From a virus (Duplodnaviria; Heunggongvirae; Uroviricota; Caudoviricetes), in the IMG/VR virus record IMGVR_UViG_3300047994_000277, positions 1 through 64,000 of that record: 64,000 nucleotides of DNA, one strand, 5' to 3'. A program made the position numbers and the translations under genes. Of this stretch, positions 36,724 to 46,722 are shown piece by piece; position 1 is the first letter of the stretch; every line of letters starts with the position of its first letter. The notes under the pieces were generated by a model. That model was not told where the DNA came from and searched no databases. It saw nothing but the letters and a program-made list of their open reading frames with translations.

Positions 36724-36948
36724 CTAACAATTGATCAGAGATTCAGTTCCAATACTGCCCGTCAATCCTTTGTGGATTGCGGCCAATGTCTTTTGATGTT
36801 CCGCATTTCCATGGGAAGGATCGATCTCATGCTTAAAAACCATATTCAGATGATTTCGAATCACTTTAAGCTGATCGGGAGTAACTTCTGTGGCTCCAGA
36901 GATCTCAAAGAATCCTTGAAGCCAATAAGCGAAATCTCTACTGGTCAT
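36724..36948 (-). CDS. hypothetical protein (74 aa)
   Basis: Last gene of the minus block. Overlaps the upstream gene (ATGA-type). Confidence 0.45.
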   Translation of the reverse strand: MTSRDFAYWLQGFFEISGATEVTPDQLKVIRNHLNMVFKHEIDPSHGNAEHQKTLAAIHKGLTGSIGTESLINC

Positions 36949-37184
36949 GGCTTTCCATGTCCCGCTGACTGTCTTTCGACTCTTTTTTCAGTTTGATATG
37001 CTCTAGAAAGCTCGTCGCATTTTTGGTCGCGAGCTTCAGGGTTCACGGTTCCATGGACGCCTTGTACGCGCAAGTCCTCAGAGACTTGGTTAACTCCAGC
37101 GCGACAGCCCAGTGCGTATTCGGTAGGGCCAGTAGCGCAGCTAGTAAGCATAAGAACGATAAGAATCAGGTAAGGGTACTTCAT
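36945..37184 (-). CDS. small lipoprotein
   Basis: LMLTSC lipobox. Confidence 0.5.
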   Translation of the reverse strand: MKYPYLILIVLMLTSCATGPTEYALGCRAGVNQVSEDLRVQGVHGTVNPEARDQKCDELSRAYQTEKRVERQSAGHGKP

Positions 37185-37624
37185 TTTTGGTTCCTTTCAA
37201 GTTCACGGATAGTAGCCGTGGTTGCACCATGCAGCCGAGGCTCTTGTGATTCGAGAATCTTTCTTTCGGCAGGGATATCCCTGTGAAGAGCGGCATTTTC
37301 AGTAAATTTGTCGCCATAGCGGGCTTTAAGCTTGGCGATATTTTTGCCCATAATATCGGCAAAACTAACCCCAAGGGCGTCTGACATGATGGCCATGTAC
37401 CAAAATAGGTCGCCCAGCTCTTCTGCGAGATTGACTTTGTCCAGAGGCTTTCCGTAAAAAATAGCCTTCTTGAGTTGATCCTGGATTTCGCCAGATTCAG
37501 TGCAAAGGCCGATCGCGGCATGAAGCAATCGGATGTTCTCGCTGGTTCCCATGCGACCAGAGATGGCTTCGAAATTTGCAGATTCGGTTACGAGCGCGTT
37601 TTGTACATATTCTTTGGTATCCAT
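37181..37624 (-). CDS. mazG: MazG-like nucleoside triphosphate pyrophosphohydrolase
   Basis: LAEELGDLFWY EExGD motif. All-alpha. Confidence 0.8.
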   Translation of the reverse strand: MDTKEYVQNALVTESANFEAISGRMGTSENIRLLHAAIGLCTESGEIQDQLKKAIFYGKPLDKVNLAEELGDLFWYMAIMSDALGVSFADIMGKNIAKLKARYGDKFTENAALHRDIPAERKILESQEPRLHGATTATIRELERNQK

Positions 37625-37633
37625 CTTATTCTC

Positions 37634-37906
37634 CTAAAAGGTATACTTATTATCCTTAAATTTGTTACCGCCGTCAATAACTTTTAGCGGCGGATGTTTT
37701 CTTGGTTTCCTACAAAACTGGCAATAGAATTTGTGAATTTTAGCTCCGCCATATCTTATGGCCATTTTGTGCCAGCCGATCCCACATCGTAATTTTCTCC
37801 AACGGTTCATAGGTACACCGTCCTCGTAGGCAATTAAAAGTACCCCGAAGACCATACCGAAAAGACCGATAAGGCAAATTGCTGAAGTAGCTGATTCATT
37901 ATTCAT
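37634..37906 (-). CDS. membrane protein with C-terminal Cys cluster
   Basis: Transmembrane helix plus CGIGWH...CQFC. Confidence 0.45.
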   Translation of the reverse strand: MNNESATSAICLIGLFGMVFGVLLIAYEDGVPMNRWRKLRCGIGWHKMAIRYGGAKIHKFYCQFCRKPRKHPPLKVIDGGNKFKDNKYTF

Positions 37907-38223
37907 GTCGTATGATTAAATTTTTTGCACCATGTAGAGTGTTTAGGGGAGCCAACTGATTCTGAGCCGCACTCGCATTTAATCTCTTCGCGATGGGGTT
38001 CAAGAGCAAAGTTCGGATCGGTATTTTCACCAATAAGTTCCCAATCGGACAAACGTCCGAAAACCGTCGGTCTAGTGCGCCACTGCCAAGTTCTGTGAGC
38101 TTTATTGGTTCCTTGGTAAAATTCGACAAAAATTTGTCCATCTACCGGCGCTGAATGAAGTGGAGTGCCGTCAGGGCCGCTATACTGTGGATGGAATGTT
38201 ACTTGTATAGGATGCATTGCCAT
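37903..38223 (-). CDS. hypothetical protein
   Basis: ATGA-coupled to its neighbours. Confidence 0.45.
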   Translation of the reverse strand: MAMHPIQVTFHPQYSGPDGTPLHSAPVDGQIFVEFYQGTNKAHRTWQWRTRPTVFGRLSDWELIGENTDPNFALEPHREEIKCECGSESVGSPKHSTWCKKFNHTT

Positions 38224-38226
38224 ACT

Positions 38227-38715
38227 TCACCACTTTTGACTCAATTGAAGGGTGATGAAGTCGCGCCCTTCGTTTGGCTTCCAGATACCGGCGCTGCTAA
38301 TGTGCTCGTACTGGAGCCCAATGCCGTTATCGTGCTTATCTCTGACTCCTACGTAGAATTCTCCATTGAACTGAGGGAAGGCGCCGCCCAGCTGGGAATC
38401 TGGCCTTGTAATGGCCGCCAGGCCCCATCCGCTTCGGAATTCAACTGGGCTTAGGTCTACTTTGAGTCCCAGTCCAGAAGAGCCCCAGAAACTCGCTTTG
38501 CGACTGGTGTCAGGAGAATTCTCTCCCCAGTAGCCAAGTTTGTTTTGCCAATAAATTCCATACCATATCTCTTCTCGGTAGCCCACTTCGGCGTACTTAT
38601 TTTGGCTAAACGAGTGATCTGCGTCATGTAGGATACCTAGTCCGTATCCTAGAAAACCTTCATCGGCAACGCATAGACTGGGAATAAGTGCTAGAAATAA
38701 TAAGAGTTTTCTCAT
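38227..38715 (-). CDS. small outer-membrane beta-barrel protein, PagL-like lipid A deacylase candidate
   Basis: Signal peptide MRKLLLFLALIPSLCVA. Aromatic-rich alternating strands. EHISSAG matches the PagL H-x-S catalytic motif. C-terminal QKW. Confidence 0.5.
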   Translation of the reverse strand: MRKLLLFLALIPSLCVADEGFLGYGLGILHDADHSFSQNKYAEVGYREEIWYGIYWQNKLGYWGENSPDTSRKASFWGSSGLGLKVDLSPVEFRSGWGLAAITRPDSQLGGAFPQFNGEFYVGVRDKHDNGIGLQYEHISSAGIWKPNEGRDFITLQLSQKW

Positions 38716-38888
38716 TTAGTGTCTTTCATGCCGACCATTATCGGGCCAGCGATTGCGATGACAAACGCGCAAAATAGGAGATAGCAGGCGAATGGACTTC
38801 CAAGACATGCCGAGCCAAGGAGGTAAGCGCCTCCGAATGTCTTCAGAAAGAACAGCCAGACTTTACCGTAAGCCTTAACGCTTTCCAT
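38712..38888 (-). CDS. small membrane protein (58 aa, not in track)
   Basis: ATGA overlap with the PagL-like gene. Two hydrophobic segments. Confidence 0.4.
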   Translation of the reverse strand: MESVKAYGKVWLFFLKTFGGAYLLGSACLGSPFACYLLFCAFVIAIAGPIMVGMKDTK

Positions 38889-39087
38889 TGGCCCGCCTGT
38901 ATTCTGCTAGCTCTTTTTCAAGCCTTTCGGCCTGTTGGGAGAAAAACAGGTCTAGGTCGGTACCAATGCCGGAATCGTTTTTCCTGCTTACAGCGATGAG
39001 ATGCTTTAGGTGCATTTCTTTGGTGATGGGAGTGCGCCTGATGACAGCGGCCTTTTTGGTCTTAGTTGTCTTTTTCTTCTTAGCCAT
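38875..39087 (-). CDS. small basic protein
   Basis: MAKKKKTTKTKK. Start at the internal ATG at 39087 rather than 39105. Confidence 0.4.
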   Translation of the reverse strand: MAKKKKTTKTKKAAVIRRTPITKEMHLKHLIAVSRKNDSGIGTDLDLFFSQQAERLEKELAEYRRANGKR

Positions 39088-39220
39088 GCTATTTCTCCTA
39101 ATCATACCGTGCCATGTTCCGCTTTTACAGTCAATCTTTATTACCTGACCGTCTAAGTATGCAATAACCTTATGATATAACCAAACGAGGCTATCTGTAA
39201 GCCATCGGAATCTTTGTTAT

Positions 39221-42085
39221 ATGAAGAAAGAGCTTTTGATTAGTGCGAAATTTAACACCCAGGACTTCGATAAGTCCGTGGAAGGTATGCAGAATAAGCT
39301 AAAAAGCTTATACACGCCTACTGACAATATGCGTCAGCAGCGCCGTACCGAGAATCGTATGGCGGCAGCGGGCATCGAAAATCCAAGAAAGCCGGTCACT
39401 AAGGACCAATACGACCAAACTGTTAAGAAAACTCGAAGAGATCTCGATACTTACATTCGAGACGAGGTAAAAAAACAGGATAAGCTCACTAAGGTCATGG
39501 ATCAAAGAGAAAATAAGCTTGATGATCTGAAAAAGAAAAAAGAAGAAGTTTCTCAAAACGCCCGCGCTGATGTGGATAAGCAAGATAAGCTCAATCAGAT
39601 GATTTTGCGCAGCCAGGAAAGTCAAAAGGGCATGCGCAAGCAGGAAATTGAAGCGATCAATAAAGCTAAGGAACTTTCCGGCGAACGAGAGGAGACTAGC
39701 GGCAAGATCTCCAAGAAAGAAAAGAAGATCGCCGAACTGAAAGAAGAGTCAAAAGAACTACCAGAAGGCAGCCCTGAAGCCAAGAAAATGGATGGCAAAA
39801 TCGCCAGACATGAAAAAGACCTCTCTAAGCTAAAAGGCACTCATGCGCAACAAGATGAAGCCGCTTTGAAGGCCAATAAGGACGCTCTGGCTATTCAAGA
39901 CAAGCTTTTCCAGTCCGAAAATGGCCTTGTCAGAATGAAAGAAATGGCAGCCAAGCAGGCTCAGGCTGTTTCTAAGAGCGCCAAAGAAGAGTTAGATCTC
40001 AAGACCAAAATCGCTCGTGTGGAAGAAAACAATGGTCGCTTAAAAGAACTCCAGCGGCAGCGCGAAGCCGTTATCGGTCAGGCGTTAGATGCTCGTCGTT
40101 CAGTCACTCCTTCCTCTTGGAAAGAAATTGGCGAGAACATGAAGGATCGCGGTATCTGGAATACCATGAAGGATATTCCAGGTGCCGTTAAGGCCAACCC
40201 TATGGGCATGGTCGGTGGCGCCATGGGCAGCATCGGCTCTTTGGCCATAGCGGGCGGCGGTCTGTACAATACCATGCAGCAGTCCCAGGCCATTGGTCAG
40301 CAAGCAAAAGGTAGCGCCATCGCGGGCACCCTTGGTCAGGACACGGAAAACATTTATAATGGTCGTTCGGCATTCGAAGCTCAGTGGATGCGCGAAAGAA
40401 GCCAAGCAAGTGGCATGGCTGCTGAGCAAGCTAAAGGCAATAAGGTTTCTGATTCGACTAAAGTTTTCGGCGGCATCCTAGGTGGCATCGGAGCCGGTGC
40501 AGCTTACGGAGCAACCGCAGGTTCTGTTTTGCCAGGCGCAGGTACGCTTGCCGGCGGTCTTTTGGGCGGCGCAATTGGCGGTATTGGTGCAGGTGCTGGC
40601 CTCATGCTTGGCGATCGTACTCGCGAAAGAATGCTCGGAATGCTTCCTGGGGAATTTGGTGCAAAGCATCAAGACGCGTACAATTCTTTGATTGCACAGC
40701 AACAGGGCGCTGATAGAGCAAAAAATTATGAAGCGCTTAAAGAGCAAGACCCGCAGAAAAAGGCCGTGCTTGAGAAGTTTGAAAAGGATCGTCAAAACGA
40801 TCTAAATACTCAGCGCTCGTTGGGATTAAACGACCAAGGTCTTAACAGCTTTAAGCAACAAGCCACCTCGGCTGGATTTATGCCTGAACAAGCCGCTAAC
40901 ATGGCTCAATCCATTGTTGGCGCAGGCGGATCGGCTCGCATGGGCAGAAATGCTACTTTCGGTAATCAGATGGAAAGAGCTGGTTTGACCAACACCTCTT
41001 CTGTTCTGGGCACAATGAGCGGATCCATTCAGTCTCCAGAGTCTACTAAGAGAGCAACGATCAGCATCATGTCTGAAGCTTTCAAGATCGGTCTAGATAA
41101 TACTGATTTTGCTGAAGAGAACAGAAGGTTCACGCAATCGGCGGCTAATATCATCGGTCGTTCCGGCGCAAGCAATGCGGAAGACCAGGAAAAGCTAGTC
41201 GCTAAACTCGGCTCCTTCTTGGGCGAAAGAACGAATAAGGGCGTAGAAGCTGCAGACAACGCTTACGAGCGTGAGCAGCAACGCGGTTCCCAAGTCGGCG
41301 GACGCCGTGGAGCGATTCGTTTTACGGAAGCCATGAAGAATCCCATTCTGAGTCAGTTCGGAACTGGTGATCTCACAGAACTTTTGGCTGCACGTCCAGA
41401 TCAGCTGCAAGCGAATAGTCCATTTCTTCGTTCATATGCAATTCAGGCTCATACCACTCCCGAAAAGATCCTAGAAGCTCTTCAGAAGGGAACGGATGCG
41501 TCTAGGTTTTTGATTCCAGGAAGAAGAAAAGAAGCCACGGACATCGTTGGTAGGTTGAAACAGTACGCTTCCGAAAACAAGCTATCTGGATCTGAGTTCA
41601 CCGAAAGACTGAACAAGATGCCTGGCGAACAAGGCGCGTTGCCTGAAAATATCGTCAAGGACTACGGAAAGCTGCAAAGAATTAATCAGATGGAAAAATC
41701 TGAAGGCTACAATAAGTTTGAAAGTGAAGCCGACGTTAGCGGCCTTATCTTTGGTAACGGCACTTACGCTGGCGGTAAAGCTCCTAGCAAAGCTGCTGCT
41801 CAGCAAGCACTCGATCAAACCGGTGGCAGAATTGGTGACAAGTTTCAAGCTGCAAATTCTGAAGGTGCCGATCAAGCTCGAAAAGCTTTTATGGATCTGT
41901 ACTCTACCATTGAGCAAAACATTTCTAAGACTAAAGAGCTGAATACGGCAGCGGCTGACGCAGCTGCGTCTCTGAATAAGATCGCCAATACGGGTAGAGC
42001 TGAGCTTCCAAGGGGTAGCGCTACCAATGCAGAAGTTCTAACCCCTCTCATTCAACCTCAAGCTAATAAGCCAAGGGGACAATAA
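39221..42085 (+). CDS. tail tape-measure-like protein
   Basis: 954 aa. Long K/E coiled-coil N-terminus. Gly-rich membrane-like central segments. Confidence 0.55.
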   Translation: MKKELLISAKFNTQDFDKSVEGMQNKLKSLYTPTDNMRQQRRTENRMAAAGIENPRKPVTKDQYDQTVKKTRRDLDTYIRDEVKKQDKLTKVMDQRENKLDDLKKKKEEVSQNARADVDKQDKLNQMILRSQESQKGMRKQEIEAINKAKELSGEREETSGKISKKEKKIAELKEESKELPEGSPEAKKMDGKIARHEKDLSKLKGTHAQQDEAALKANKDALAIQDKLFQSENGLVRMKEMAAKQAQAVSKSAKEELDLKTKIARVEENNGRLKELQRQREAVIGQALDARRSVTPSSWKEIGENMKDRGIWNTMKDIPGAVKANPMGMVGGAMGSIGSLAIAGGGLYNTMQQSQAIGQQAKGSAIAGTLGQDTENIYNGRSAFEAQWMRERSQASGMAAEQAKGNKVSDSTKVFGGILGGIGAGAAYGATAGSVLPGAGTLAGGLLGGAIGGIGAGAGLMLGDRTRERMLGMLPGEFGAKHQDAYNSLIAQQQGADRAKNYEALKEQDPQKKAVLEKFEKDRQNDLNTQRSLGLNDQGLNSFKQQATSAGFMPEQAANMAQSIVGAGGSARMGRNATFGNQMERAGLTNTSSVLGTMSGSIQSPESTKRATISIMSEAFKIGLDNTDFAEENRRFTQSAANIIGRSGASNAEDQEKLVAKLGSFLGERTNKGVEAADNAYEREQQRGSQVGGRRGAIRFTEAMKNPILSQFGTGDLTELLAARPDQLQANSPFLRSYAIQAHTTPEKILEALQKGTDASRFLIPGRRKEATDIVGRLKQYASENKLSGSEFTERLNKMPGEQGALPENIVKDYGKLQRINQMEKSEGYNKFESEADVSGLIFGNGTYAGGKAPSKAAAQQALDQTGGRIGDKFQAANSEGADQARKAFMDLYSTIEQNISKTKELNTAAADAAASLNKIANTGRAELPRGSATNAEVLTPLIQPQANKPRGQ

Positions 42086-43981
42086 ATGTCTCAAGCTTTC
42101 ATTAAATTCATCGGTCCCAATGGAACCAATGATAGCGAATCTAACTTCATCCACCAGACCAGTCCGGCATGGGTGTTGACCTTTATTCGCTGGAACGTGA
42201 GAGACACGCTCAGAGCCATCCCTTCAACGGGTAGTGGAGACGAGCTGCTGTCGGTGCGCTCGCCGCTTGTGGTGGAAAACGATTGCATTAACCTGTCTGT
42301 GAACGTCAACAAGGGTACGCTTACCCCTTCCATGCAAGCCGTCCTTAAAGTTTCCGATGTAAACTATACCACGTCTATCGCACCTGGAGACTTTGTTTTC
42401 GTTAACATGCTCAATTGGGAAGTCGATGCGCGTAGGATTGTGGAAACGGTTAGAAACAATACCAATACGGCCATTAACAGACAGAGCGATGGCTTTAAGG
42501 GCCTCTTCAAAGTTCAAAGTGTGCGAGAGAAGCTAGGTATTGACGCCAATGGCAATAAGTCGTTGACGGTTCACATCACCGGCTTCGGATTTACCGAATT
42601 CAACAATTCCATTTATTTTAACCCATACCTGCGCAGAGACAATCAGGGAAGCGACAAGGACGACCTCCTTTTTGTGACTAATATTGGTACGGATTACTCT
42701 CAACTGATTAACCCAGATACCAATCCGCTTTGCCAAGATCTGATCAAGCACTTGATCCAGTCCTTTATTGGCGTCGGCGTTAGCGATCAGGGCGTTACTT
42801 CTATTGATGGTATTAGGGTTACAGAAAATGTTCATTTTTACATCCCTCAGCAGGTAGGAACGTTACTTGGCGTTCAGAACACTGAAGCGGCTAAGGACAT
42901 CTACAATTACGTTTTTGGCATTCAGCAATACAGCGGCTCTGCCAATTCCTCTTTGGCTACTGGCACCAACCCTTCTAATTTGGTCACGCCAGCCGTAGAC
43001 CGATTCTATTATACCGATCAACCTTGCGCAGGCACTTCTCTGCTCAAGGCTGAGTACTGGAACCAACTAAACGCTTGGTCAATTCTGAATCAGTACGTGA
43101 ATGCTCCTCTCAATGAGCTTTATACCTGTTTCAAAATCTCTCCTTCTGGATACGTGATGCCTACGGTTATCTTTAGGCAAATCCCTTTCACCTCTGAGTC
43201 TTTTGGTGATGACCCCTTTGATATCGATGCCGAAGTTACCTACTTCTTGAACCTTCCTCGCTGGAAGGTCAGTTCGGGACTGATCATCTCTACCGACCTG
43301 GGACGTGATGAAGCGGCACGTATTAATTTTGTCCAGTACTATGCTCAACCTCCTACCGATCCAGGTAAGCAGGAAGCGTACATGTCCGCGCAAACGGGTT
43401 CAAAGAACTACGTTTACGACATTAACGATGTCTCTAGAAGTGGCTTGAGGCCAATGGTCGTAACCACTTCCTTCGAAGACCTTACCATTACGAACGACGA
43501 GAACATTGGAAGACGCTGCGCGCTTATCGTTGGCGATGCGGTGATCGGTGAGCACTTGAAGTTCAATGGAACTATTGAGTGCGCGGGCATCGTAGACCCA
43601 ATCGCTGTAGGGGACAACTTCGAATATAATGGCAACGTCTATCACATCGAAGAAGTTAACCACGTCTGTAGCATCGAACCCGCTCAGGGCAATAAGATCT
43701 TTAGAACGATCTTGAGATTAAGCCACGGCGTCTCTTTGGCTAACTTTGGAACGGCACTTTCTTACCCAGAAATGATCCATACCAGCGCCTACAGAAACAG
43801 ACAGTCTAATTTTGAAAACGGTAACGGTGTGCTCCCAGGAGTCTCTGAAGAGCAGGATGTTTCGTATAGAACATCTGGTTCATCGCCATCTGATTCAGAA
43901 ATTAATGCCGGCGACCAACCTTTTGCCCAACCCGGTCAAGTAATCAGTTCACCGCAGGATTCGGAGGATGACAGTGAGTAA
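42086..43981 (+). CDS. tail/baseplate structural protein
   Basis: 631 aa. Abuts the tape-measure stop. Confidence 0.5.
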   Translation: MSQAFIKFIGPNGTNDSESNFIHQTSPAWVLTFIRWNVRDTLRAIPSTGSGDELLSVRSPLVVENDCINLSVNVNKGTLTPSMQAVLKVSDVNYTTSIAPGDFVFVNMLNWEVDARRIVETVRNNTNTAINRQSDGFKGLFKVQSVREKLGIDANGNKSLTVHITGFGFTEFNNSIYFNPYLRRDNQGSDKDDLLFVTNIGTDYSQLINPDTNPLCQDLIKHLIQSFIGVGVSDQGVTSIDGIRVTENVHFYIPQQVGTLLGVQNTEAAKDIYNYVFGIQQYSGSANSSLATGTNPSNLVTPAVDRFYYTDQPCAGTSLLKAEYWNQLNAWSILNQYVNAPLNELYTCFKISPSGYVMPTVIFRQIPFTSESFGDDPFDIDAEVTYFLNLPRWKVSSGLIISTDLGRDEAARINFVQYYAQPPTDPGKQEAYMSAQTGSKNYVYDINDVSRSGLRPMVVTTSFEDLTITNDENIGRRCALIVGDAVIGEHLKFNGTIECAGIVDPIAVGDNFEYNGNVYHIEEVNHVCSIEPAQGNKIFRTILRLSHGVSLANFGTALSYPEMIHTSAYRNRQSNFENGNGVLPGVSEEQDVSYRTSGSSPSDSEINAGDQPFAQPGQVISSPQDSEDDSE

Positions 43982-44957
43982 CGTTTTGCCTAATGGAACA
44001 GTTCTGCCTCATGGACTTTTGAGCGGTGGCTCAAATCCTAAGTTTGAAGCTTTCAAGAAAACCTTTCAGAATACCGCTCTTAGAGTTGGCATCATCATGG
44101 AGTCTTATCCTATTGATGATGACGACAACCTGAACGGTCTATTCCCAGAATACGACGTGATGTCTTTTGAGCAGAACGAAGATCAGGGATCTACCACAAT
44201 CACTTACAAGCATTGCCTCGCATCCTCTTCTTTTGGATCCGTTGCCGACTTTTTTGAAGCAAATCTAAGAAAGATGGAAAGAAACGACGGCGACGGCGTC
44301 ACCCCAGACTTTGCAAAGCAAAACGGAGCTATCGTCCTCTTACTTTGCTTAAACGGTATGTCCGATACGGGCATTATTATTAGCTCCCTTGCTCATCCAG
44401 ATAGGGAAACGACCCTTCAAGACGGCGATCCGCACCTGGAAGGCGAATATAACGGTGTTCGAGTCAAAGTTGAATCCGATGGCAGTACGTCCTTGGTCTT
44501 TAAAGGCGCTACCGATAACGATGGCGAAGTCATCGACGAGTCTCAGGGCGATACCACTATCCAAATCGAGACGGATGGGTCGTTCCAGGTCGATCACGAT
44601 ACGATTACTTTCAGAATGGACAGAAGTGGCGTTGTTACTTTGAACGCTAAAGATGAAATCGACATCACAACCGATACGGATCTGAACATTAACGTCCAGG
44701 GCGATGTAAACATCACCGTTAACGGAGATGCCACGGTAAACGTGGACGGCAAAGCTGACGTTCAAATCGGAGCCGATGCTAACGTTCAAGTTGGCGGCGA
44801 CTGTAACCTCACCTCTAGCGGCAAAACGGTCGTTCAGGCTTCAGAGATCAATCTCAACGGTCAATCCGGCATGATCCTTACGACGGTTACAGATCCGGTG
44901 ATCGATACCATTTTCGGCGTTCCTACAACGGGCGTTCCTACGGTGAAATCAGGATAA
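43968..44957 (+). CDS. baseplate central spike-like protein with beta-helix repeats
   Basis: Repeats INVQGDVNITVNGDATVNVDGKADVQIGADANVQVGGD (gp5/VgrG-like 8-residue periodicity). Confidence 0.55.
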   Translation: MTVSNVLPNGTVLPHGLLSGGSNPKFEAFKKTFQNTALRVGIIMESYPIDDDDNLNGLFPEYDVMSFEQNEDQGSTTITYKHCLASSSFGSVADFFEANLRKMERNDGDGVTPDFAKQNGAIVLLLCLNGMSDTGIIISSLAHPDRETTLQDGDPHLEGEYNGVRVKVESDGSTSLVFKGATDNDGEVIDESQGDTTIQIETDGSFQVDHDTITFRMDRSGVVTLNAKDEIDITTDTDLNINVQGDVNITVNGDATVNVDGKADVQIGADANVQVGGDCNLTSSGKTVVQASEINLNGQSGMILTTVTDPVIDTIFGVPTTGVPTVKSG

Positions 44958-44958
44958 C

Positions 44959-45567
44959 ATGGCTCTTTCCGCTTCCACACTAGCATCGCTGATTCAAGCA
45001 AATCTGGCCGCTCAAGGTGCAGTGGGATCCAATTTGTCTAAGTTCTGCAATGCCATTGGAAAGGGCGTTGTGGAATCCATTGTTGGTAAGGCGTTTACTA
45101 CGGCTGACGTCGGTTTAATACCTGGCATTGGCGTTGGCACTGGAACCGGAATTCAAGGTCTGTCCTCGGCTATAATGAAATCTACCGCTCTATCTCTTAT
45201 GAGTAGTAGAGGCGTTAATGCAGATAAGATGATGCAGGCCATTATGGATGCAGTTGTTACTCATCTGTCTAGCGCTGCAACTCTTAGTTCTACTCATGCC
45301 CCAGTTTTCTCAGGCAGCGGCACTGTGGTTCCTGGTAGCATCGCAGTCGTTGCCGCCCAAATGAGTTCAAATATCGATTCTGAACTTTCTGCTCAGGGCG
45401 CTGTCGGCGTAAACAAAACTAACCTGGCCACCGCTATCGGTACTGGGATCGCAAATAACATTCTTTCTTCTGGAACTGGCACGGTTGCCATTTCTGGCTC
45501 ATTCACCGGCCCTACGCCACCAGGACCCATTCCAGGGGCTGGATCAGGCGCAGGTACTATCTCGTAG
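44959..45567 (+). CDS. Gly/Ser/Ala-rich tail-associated protein
   Basis: ATG 1 nt after the upstream stop. Low complexity. Confidence 0.5.
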   Translation: MALSASTLASLIQANLAAQGAVGSNLSKFCNAIGKGVVESIVGKAFTTADVGLIPGIGVGTGTGIQGLSSAIMKSTALSLMSSRGVNADKMMQAIMDAVVTHLSSAATLSSTHAPVFSGSGTVVPGSIAVVAAQMSSNIDSELSAQGAVGVNKTNLATAIGTGIANNILSSGTGTVAISGSFTGPTPPGPIPGAGSGAGTIS

Positions 45568-45574
45568 GTATTTT

Positions 45575-46108
45575 ATGGATATGAAAAGCATGATTTTGAA
45601 CATGTACCCTTATTGGCTCCTTGGTGCTGGCGTCCTGGCCGCAGTCATTGGTTCGGGTCACAAAAAAGAGGTGAGGATCGAAAAGAAAGCCATCCTGTAC
45701 TGGATCAGATTCTTAGGCATACTTACCCTATATAGGGTAGTGCTGTTCGCTATATTTCACAAAAGCCCTCAGGTGATCCAGATGGCCAAGAACGTGTCCA
45801 TGATCCCTTGGCCGCTCACCCTCACGGTCTTTTGGGAAGATGCTTGCCACGGCCTTCCGCTCTATTTAATCAGAAAATGGATAGGTGATAATAAATGGCT
45901 TAAACCCATTTACTATGCCTTGCTCGGCATGGTCATGATCGAGTTTGGCTTGGGGCACGTCTATCAGGGCTTGCTGGCTGCTTGCGCCCTCAGTTTTTAC
46001 ATCCCTTATTCAATCCGTTTGGGAGAGAAATATGGGTTTGGAACCGTGATGCTTGGCCATACGCTTTTCGACCTAAGCACCATTCTCACTATCAAACTTT
46101 TCTTTTAA
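45575..46108 (+). CDS. CPBP (CAAX protease/Abi) family intramembrane metalloprotease-like protein
   Basis: Multi-TM. FGLGH (FxxxH) and GHTLFD (HxxxD) motifs. EDACHG in place of EExxxR. Confidence 0.55.
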   Translation: MDMKSMILNMYPYWLLGAGVLAAVIGSGHKKEVRIEKKAILYWIRFLGILTLYRVVLFAIFHKSPQVIQMAKNVSMIPWPLTLTVFWEDACHGLPLYLIRKWIGDNKWLKPIYYALLGMVMIEFGLGHVYQGLLAACALSFYIPYSIRLGEKYGFGTVMLGHTLFDLSTILTIKLFF

Positions 46109-46111
46109 GCC

Positions 46112-46375
46112 ATGCCTAGAAAAAAGAGGCCGTATAGGCAATATACGTTTGAGCAGATTCAATCCGTTGAAGCGACCACTTACGTTATTGTGGCCGGTAA
46201 GCAGCTTTTTAACATCGATGGGGATTATTTTTTCGATAAGACGACTGCGAACAAGTTCTACGACAAGATCTTGAAAGAAAGTATGAAGCAGCTTACGGAA
46301 GGTACGGAATCTCAGAAAAGAAACGCCAGGAAGATCTTGAACAACTTACGAGTCGAACCGCTTAGGATTCATTGA
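46112..46375 (+). CDS. hypothetical protein
   Basis: ORF only. Confidence 0.45.
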   Translation: MPRKKRPYRQYTFEQIQSVEATTYVIVAGKQLFNIDGDYFFDKTTANKFYDKILKESMKQLTEGTESQKRNARKILNNLRVEPLRIH

Positions 46376-46722
46376 TACTCGACAGGAACAATTTCTGCCT
46401 TACTCATCGCCAGGTAGTACTCAAGAATGTACCTGTTTTTGACGTGCAGCTGATTGGTTTCTTTGTAGATCTCCATAATCGAAAACACTGCATCTACCAG
46501 TTTAGGGATGAAGCAGTTAGAGACCTTGTGATCCTGCGGGCACCTAACTTTGCCTTTCGCGTGTTCGCAGTAAAGGACATCAGCCTCGCGGTGTAATTGG
46601 TCGTCATCTAGGTATTCTAGGTAACAGATCAATTCGTCTAATTCGTCCCATCCCCTATCTTCTCTATCGATAAGATGGTTATACACGAGAACTACGTTTT
46701 TAACTTCATCAGGGGTCATCAT
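46369..46722 (-). CDS. hypothetical acidic protein
   Basis: Start taken at MMTPDE (ATGATGA overlap with the upstream gene) rather than the track start at 46818. Confidence 0.4.
   Translation of the reverse strand: MMTPDEVKNVVLVYNHLIDREDRGWDELDELICYLEYLDDDQLHREADVLYCEHAKGKVRCPQDHKVSNCFIPKLVDAVFSIMEIYKETNQLHVKNRYILEYYLAMSKAEIVPVEYQ

Noticed and set aside
43968-43981. Possible programmed frameshift between the 631 aa tail protein and the spike gene (14 nt overlap).
   Set aside because: No slippery heptamer (XXXYYYZ) in the overlap; ordinary overlapping start.
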